Below, piece by piece: positions 56,901-64,000 of a stretch of DNA of 64,000 nucleotides. Each line of letters opens with the position of its first letter. Position 1 is the first letter of the stretch. This stretch comes from Eledone cirrhosa (Eukaryota): positions 4,340,001 through 4,404,000 of the forward strand of contig OZ024755.1 of assembly GCA_964016885.1 (NCBI GenBank), read 5' to 3'. Below the pieces are notes generated by a model. The model saw only the letters and a list, made by a program, of their open reading frames with translations. It was not told the DNA's origin and did not search any database. Position numbers and translations under genes: made by a program.

Positions 56901-59900
56901 AGTGTACCTTAATTAAACTAGATAGGTGTCATGATATACCTTAATTAAACTATATACCCACAGTTATGTAGGTGTCATGATATACCTTAATTAAACTATA
57001 TACCCACAGTTATGTAGGTGTCATGATATACCTTAATTAAACTATATACCCACAGTTATGTAGGTGTCATGATATACCTTAATTAAACTATATACCCACA
57101 GTTATGTAGGTGTCATGATATACCTTAATTAAACTATATACCCACAGTTATGTAGGTGTCATGATATACCTTAATTAAACTATATACCCACAGTTATGTA
57201 GGTGTCATGATATACCTTAATTAAACTATATACCCACAGTTATGTAGGTGTCATGATATACCTTCATTAAACTATATACTCACATATGTAGGTGTCATGG
57301 TGTACCTTAATTCAACTATATACCCAGTGATGTAGGGGGTTGGGTTCATATACACCCTTATAATGTTGGAAATTTGTTTATATCCTGCTGTTTATGTTTT
57401 CAGTGAACTCAAATATTTGGTCCTTCCACTGATAGCTGGACTGCTGGAAAAAGCTCCTGACAAAATGTGGACATTTGATAAATTCTTTCGATATGCTGAC
57501 GAAATCATTGAAATGATCCATTTAAAAGTAGTGGACCCTATCAAACCAGACTTTATTAATTTGTTCCTGAAACCAACTGCTTGGTAAGAAACCTACTATT
57601 GACTAATCTGTCTTTGCTATTCAGTATATATACTCCTCACTCAACCGTTTTTAAAAATTTTCTCTGTATTTCTCTTTTACTATCTCTCCGCCTTTATCTT
57701 TCTCTGTGTGCGTGGAAGCGACAGCCTTAGCAAATTAATTGTGATCTCAGCTGGGCTTTTTAGTTATAGGATGGTTAAAATTTTTGAATTTAATATCTGT
57801 ATGTATAACTTTTCAATTCTAATTACTTGTGGCAAGCTAACTTTAACCCTTTAGCATTTAAACCGGCCATATCCATCTCACCTTTTTCTGTTCAAATCAG
57901 CTGTAACTTGCCCCTCAAACTGACTTGAAGGTATTGTTCTCAAAATAAATATCAAATTCTCATAGATTCGATATTATGTGGGTTATTATGTAAGGTAAAG
58001 TGTTTACCATGAAAATCCAATAGTATATACAGATTAATGTAAATGCTAAAGGGTTAAAATGTAAATTTGTGGGGTTTGCTGTGTATTTTATTTTTTTTGT
58101 GTATGAGGGTCAACCCCCCCCCCCCCCCCCCCACACACACACAACCTAAAGGGCCCCTCCCAAGGTCTAAATCCTATTCTGGGTGACAGACTCTACACCT
58201 AAGTCAGAGCAGTGTTTATATTTTAGAAATGTTCTTATTTTGGTTTTAGTTGTAATGAAATAAACCAGAAACTACAAATGTATTGCAATATAGAACCACA
58301 ACATCAAAGACTTTTTTACCGAAGCCATTTATTATCAGAATATCTAAAACAAACAGATCCAATTCAGAAGTTTACAACAATCTCCATTTCTAAACCTATC
58401 ATACTTATTTCTAATCAACCATTTGATGTCATCAACCAACTTCATATGGAAATTGGTAAGTCAGCACTTTTGTTTCTTTCTCAAAGAACCTCATTATTGT
58501 AGGTTTGGGAAATTGTATGCTTGTGGTGGTGGTGGAGGTGGTGGTAGTGGTGGTGGTTGTGGTGTGGTGTCTGTCTGTGTGTGTTTTTTCTTTAACTTAT
58601 TTACTCAATAATGAACTTGTTTTTCCTCTTCATTTCTTCCCTTTAGATGTACTGCCTGAGTTTGGTCCCTCCAACAAAGAAGATCTTAAGACTGCTACTA
58701 TACTATGTGATATTGCAAGTCAGTTAGTAAGAGAAGCTAAATTAACTTCCCAGATAATGAAGCAATTATGTAAGACATCAAAAGACTTACGGTTCGTACA
58801 TCTCTTCCTCTCTCTCTTCTTTGTGTAAGAGGTGTAAGCCTAGCGGAAGAGGTGTGGCCTAATAGAGATGTGGTGTAGCCTAATGGAAGAGGTGTGGTCT
58901 AGTAGATGTGGTGTAGCCTAATGGAAGAGGTGTGGTCTAGTAGATGTGGTGTAGCCTAATGGAAGAGGTGTGGTCTAGTAGATGTGGTGTGGCCTACTGG
59001 AAAAGGTGTGGTCTAGTGGAAGAGGTGTGGTCTAGTAAATGTGTTGTGGCCTTTGTCTAACCCATGCAACCATGGAAGAACAGACATAAAAACAATGACC
59101 CTGACTTTCTCTCTTGCTATGTCTTTGCAAAGTGTTAACTATATTTTGTTCTAATTTTCCAGGCATTACCAATCTACATTGCTTGACCAGCGAACAACTC
59201 TGCTGACCGGTAAGAAAGAATGGTTCTTTGGTATTTTATCAGCAACCGGTCTTGATGAACTGTCCCAACATATCTTTGTCGAAGAAGAACTGGAAAGCTT
59301 TGTGAATATCAGATATAAGTTTGGCAATTGTACAGACAGTGACCGCGCATCTGAATTAGTCTATAAGGTTAGATTTCAAATTTGATTTGTTGTTCATGAA
59401 ATACAAGGTGGCGCATGAAAAATTAGTCCGAGTTCCGTAGCATAGTGTAAATTCAGAAATATATTTTACACACATGAAAAAGCAGATAGCCTTTCATTTG
59501 CATGTGTCATTTTATTTCGACTGCTTGTAACTGCTGAACAAAGATGGCGCCACTAGTTGGCTGTTTGCTATGTTATCCTCACTGCATCCTCACCACATCC
59601 TCACCACATCCTCACTGCATTCTCACTGCATACTCAGCACATCCTCAGCATATGCTCATATCCTCCTCACCACATCCTCACATCCTCACTACATACTCAG
59701 CACATGCTCACCACATCTTCATCACACCCTCACTGCATCCTCACTGCATACTCAGCACATTAGTTGATTGTAAGATTGCATTGAGTGAACCTCTCTAGTG
59801 TTTTCTGCGAGATGATGTACTCATTAGCAGAGAAAGTGGAGATTGTGGAAGTGTATGTGAGTATGTGTTCTGTTAACCCCTTAGTTTATTTACTCTATAT

Positions 59901-62900
59901 TTACTATTGTATTTTTGTGGTAAATGCTTTACTTTACATAATTATTTCACATAATATCGAATCTATGAGATTTTGATTCAATTTATATTGAGAACAATCC
60001 TTAACATCAGTATAAGTGGTTGGTTATGGCCGGTTTGAACAGAAAGAGGTGAGAAAATTCTGACTGGATACGGCAGGTTTAAATGCTAAAGTGTTAAGCA
60101 AACGCATGACATTTTTGAAGTCAAGTTTTCTAGGTAAAAGCTTACCGGCAAAGAGAACGATACAAATATTGGTTAAGAGCTGTCGTGCTATGCGGTTACT
60201 GCTCAATGCCCCAAAACAAAGAGACCGTATAGTTTGAATGCCAGAAGTTATTCAGGACATTCACCAATGGATTACTCAAAACCCAAAGAAATCAATACTA
60301 TGCTACAAAACCTAGGGTACTTTTTTGTGCCACCCTGTATTACAGATGTTTTATTTCTTTGTTAAATTTATTAATTGACAGATAAAAAGGATGATAGAAG
60401 TTTGTGATAACCATGCCAACTATCTCCAAAAAATGTGTTCCTCTACTACAGAACTTCAGGAGTTTCTAAAATCTAAAGACAACTGTTTTCACGAAAATAG
60501 ATGGTATGTATCATCAGGATTGTCTTCAATATTGTTTTATTCTCTTATATTTTTTTATTGGTTTTCTAATTAAATACACTCTATTTTAATTAATTAATGA
60601 ACAATTTTGAAAGATTTACTACAATTATTAATTATTTCATTATTAAGATAGTAACTTAATGTAAGGTTCTATAATATATAACTAGAGACAGTTCTATAAC
60701 AGTTCTATAGTATATAACTAGAGACACTTCTATAGTATCTAACCAGAGACAGTTCTATTGTATATAGCCAGAGACAGTTCTATTGTATATAGCCAGAGAC
60801 AGTTCTATTGTATATAGCCAGAGACAGTTCTATTGTATATAGCCAGAGACAGTTCTATTGTATATAGCCAGAGACAGTTCTATAACAGTTCTATAGTATA
60901 CAACCAGACAGTTTCAGGCAGGTTAGTAGTATCAAAAGGGTTAATCAGTTTCTAAAATTTTCTAAATTTTTTCCAGTTTTAATATCTTAACAGACTTAAT
61001 GGATGATACCAAAGAAGGTCTGACATTTTTAGTCTCTTTGAATTCCAAACACGCCGTTACTCAGCATGGCTTATCACAGTTCAAAGAAATACGGAAGTAA
61101 GTCATTCTCATTTTTATTGTAAATAAAATTTTATTTTTCTTATTGTGTCATTATATATCATCATTATCATCATCGTTTAACGTCTATCTTCCATGCTAGC
61201 ATGGGTTAGACGGGAATTATCCTACTTGAGGCAAGATTGGTTGGGTGACGTATAGGACTATCTGGCAGGTTTTCTATGGCTGGATGCCCTTCCTAACACC
61301 AACCACATTTACAGTGTGGACTGGGATCTTTTTACCGTGTTACCTACACGGCCACATTACAACGTGGACTGTGTTTTTTTGTTGTGACACCTACACGACC
61401 TCATTTATTTTGGACTGGATGTTGTGGTACCAACATAACTTTACAGAGAAAGGGTGATATAAGTCTATCATCATCATCATTTAATGTCTGTTTTCCTTGC
61501 TAGGAAGAGTTGGATGGGTCTTCACAAAGCAAGTCTGTACTCAAGCAGGGCTACTGACCTCCCAGACAGGCTGGGTTGTCTGCATCTTGCTTACATATAG
61601 TCTTACATTCTAGAAAAGTGCAGAGGAGAGATTATCATGTCCTTGACATAACTCATGCGTCCTCTCAACCCTTTGTTTGGCAAACTTTCTGTGATTGGGT
61701 ACCCTTCCTATTACCAACCACTTTACAGAGTGAACTGGATGTATTTATCATGTAGATAACCAACACTAGGGAGATTGTCATGCCTTTGACATAACTGCAG
61801 GGGCCTCTCAAGGGAAGCTTTCTGTGACTGGGTGCTCTTCCTTTCACCAACCCCTTTACAGAGTGAACTGGATGTATTTATCATGTAGATCACCAACATT
61901 AGGGGTATTGTCATGTCTTTGACATGACTGAAAGGTCCTCCCAACCCTTTGATTGGCAAACTTTCTATGGCTGGATGCCCTTCCCATCATCAACCACTTT
62001 ACACAGTGTACTCGGTGTATTTATCATGTAGATTACCAATACTGTCTAATAACTGAAATCAGCAAAATAAAAAAAAGGATACAATTGATACATTTGTCAC
62101 TAATTTATGTTTTATTTTTTTTCTATTTATTTTTATTTAGAAAACAGTTATATAGTAGTGTGAAAGACATTGTTAATCGCGTGACCAAACATTGTTTTCC
62201 TCTTAATCAGAAAATATTTACAGTATACCAGAAATATCATCAGTGAGTACATTTTAAAATTATCTAAATTTGCTGCCCTATTGTCCTTCCTTATTGTTAA
62301 TGTATGTAGCTTAGTGGTTAGTGTGTTGGGCTCAGAGTCATACATACTGTTGAGAGTTTGATTCCCACACCATTTGGCATGGTTTCTATGTCTGGATGCC
62401 CTTCTTAAGACTAACTTTTTTACAGAGTATATTGTGACACCAAACACTAGAGGGAGGTTATTGTGTCAATTTTACAAAGTATATTGTGGTATTAAACACT
62501 AGGGAGAGGTTGTGGTACCAAACAAATCATGTTTTATTATTATTTCCTCACCAGAGACTATCTGGAGACTGAGCGTCAATTAACAGAAATGTATGATGAA
62601 ATAAAGAGTCTTACTGAAAACATACAGGAATTAAATGGTTGTTTAACATCCCCTGTAAGTAGCTTTTTTTTTGTTTTGTTTTAATCTGTAAATTATAATC
62701 AATGTGGTTTGTTAACTGGCTTACCAATGTATACAGTGTGTTTATTGCCTTAGGTGTCAGACACTCAATATATATCAGAAACAATACTGAAGGAAAAGGA
62801 AAAAACAATGATAATATGATAATTGTTTCTACTTTGGGCACAAGGCCAGCGATTATCCCAGTGCATTACTGGTACTTTATTTTATCGACCCCCGTAAGGA

Positions 62901-63739
62901 TGAAAGCCAAAGTTAACCTCAGCGGGATTTGAACTCAGACCGTAAAGAGCCATAACTCTATGCTGCAAAGCATGGCGTCCAACCCTCTACCGATATTGCC
63001 AATCCACCTCAACAATGATAATGATAATATTAACCAGTAGCAGCAGCAGCAACAAGATCTTCCAACATAATTTTATATAGTAACTATATGTTAAGCTACT
63101 ATTTTGGTAATGAAATAATTTGAGTAAATCTCTTGAAATTCTTCATTATTTAATTGAGTGTATTTCATGAGACATAGGGTTACAAAAGGACAACACATTC
63201 TATGGTCCTTCTTCAACCCAAGTACCTGACTAAAATGTTTTAAATAAACATCGTTTTAACCCTTTCATGACCACATTTAAAATAATAATGAAATTATTGT
63301 GTACAGTGCTCAGGTGCACTACAACTCATCAAAGGTGTATGTATAGTACATAGAATAATATACAAATGTCAGGGAAGTGAATAGTGTATGAGTCATGATA
63401 TACATGTGTGTATGGAGGGGGAATATTAGGTGTAGTGTTGGCGAATCTCAGGAAGCATGGAGATTTTAAAGGATTTCTAATGAAATTCTCTATTTAAATT
63501 AATTAATGAAGAATTTTGAGGAATTTACTTAAATGATCAATTATTTCATTACTAAGATAGTAACTTAATATAAAATTATGCTAGAAGATTTTAATTTAAA
63601 TTATTTGAGGAAGTAAAGCCAGGTTGGTAACAAAAGGATTAACCCATATTTTGAAGTATTTTAGAAGATATGGCAACATTTTATTGTTTTCTTTTTCTTC
63701 CTATAGTTCATAAGAGAAGAAAGAATGATAGAGCCTAAG
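50980..63739 (+). CDS. TBK1: TBK1/IKK-epsilon family serine/threonine kinase (3'-partial, continues past window)
   Basis: 16 phase-consistent exons: 50980-51081, 53079-53219, 53802-53931, 54048-54135, 55288-55378, 55946-56097, 56621-56731, 57404-57583, 58250-58455, 58647-58791, 59163-59367, 60382-60503, 60977-61096, 62141-62242, 62555-62654 and 63707-63739. Motifs [42 protein letters not shown] and DLWSLG, then a ubiquitin-like region and helical scaffold. TBK1 versus IKBKE orthology cannot be resolved by eye. Confidence 0.92.
51174..51401 (+). mobile_element. piggyBac-like MITE followed by a second copy split by a Helitron
   Basis: TIRs and TTAA flanks; second copy at about 51400-51573 plus 52428-52464. 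Confidence 0.75.
51574..52427 (+). mobile_element. Non-autonomous Helitron
   Basis: 5' TCTATATATATAAA, 3' CTAG, subterminal hairpin CCCG-A-GC-AAC-GC-CGGG (52400-52415). Inserted between A and T of the MITE sequence AAATACAA|TAGTAAAT with no TSD; internal 37-bp tandem repeat at 51995-52120. Confidence 0.85.
53350..53703 (-). mobile_element. CR1-clade LINE 3' end
   Basis: Homolog of 37208-37520 ([20 protein letters not shown]). Confidence 0.8.
55635..55845 (-). mobile_element. RTE-clade LINE 3' end with (GAT)n tail
   Basis: ORF track [22 protein letters not shown]...DRDKW is typical of the RTE ORF C-terminus and is followed by a GAT microsatellite tail. Confidence 0.8.
56923..57330. repeat. 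46-bp tandem array (about 8-9 units)
   Basis: TAGGTGTCATGATATACCTTAATTAAACTATATACCCACAGTTATG repeated in a kinase intron. Confidence 0.95.
57843..58056 (+). mobile_element. piggyBac-like MITE
   Basis: Intact TIRs and TTAA flanks. Confidence 0.8.
58835..59050. repeat. 38-bp minisatellite built from ~19-bp subunits
   Basis: GTGTAGCCTAATGGAAGAGGTGTGGTCTAGTAGATGTG repeats. Confidence 0.85.
59402..60339. mobile_element. Tc1/mariner-like non-autonomous element containing a nested piggyBac-like MITE (59872-60097)
   Basis: Imperfect TIRs TACAAGGTGGCGCATGAAAAA / TTTTTTGTGCCACCCTGTA with TA flanks; internal CACATCCTCA-type degenerate repeat. Confidence 0.6.
60675..60910. repeat. 25-bp minisatellite
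   Basis: AGCCAGAGACAGTTCTATTGTATAT repeats. Confidence 0.9.
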
Positions 63740-64000
63740 GTAAGACAAGATTCTTTCTCTAATTACGAATTTCATCATCATCATTATATGTCCATTTTGG
63801 CATGGGTTGGACAGGTAGCTGCAACCCATGACGAGACAAGTTACATAACATCTTGCTTATACATTGCATATTTTGTCATGGTTTCTATGGCTGGATGCCC
63901 TTCCTAAAACTAATCATCATAAAGAGTGTACATGGTGCATTTTAGTATGACAACCAACACTACCATTTTACAGAGTGTACTGGATGCATTTTATCGTGTC

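Overview
AT-rich animal genomic DNA with dense (TA)n/(CA)n/(GAT)n microsatellites, SINEs and MITEs; the repeat families suggest an octopod cephalopod (inference). Four spliced genes were reconstructed by hand with phase-consistent GT-AG exons. They are a ubiquitin-specific protease with an N-terminal hydrophobic segment (+, 12571-21995), an uncharacterised EEP/DNase I-like phosphoesterase (-, 26084-31095), PRPF18 (+, 32129-39162, head-to-head with the EEP gene) and a TBK1/IKK-epsilon-family kinase (+, 50980 to beyond the window end). The strongest signal outside the ORF track is a set of short non-coding elements embedded in microsatellites that carry type I hammerhead ribozyme motifs: complete cores at 938-987 and 44350-44400, mutated cores at 42441-42492 and 30584-30628, and several 3' half-motifs. 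They fall into several unrelated sequence families and are often folded back into long palindromes, resembling Penelope-like retroelement pLTRs or retrozymes. The second highlight is the EEP protein, whose terminal SDH catalytic strand follows an inserted Cys-rich module and a two-helix transmembrane hairpin. Repeat boundaries are approximate and nothing was verified computationally.
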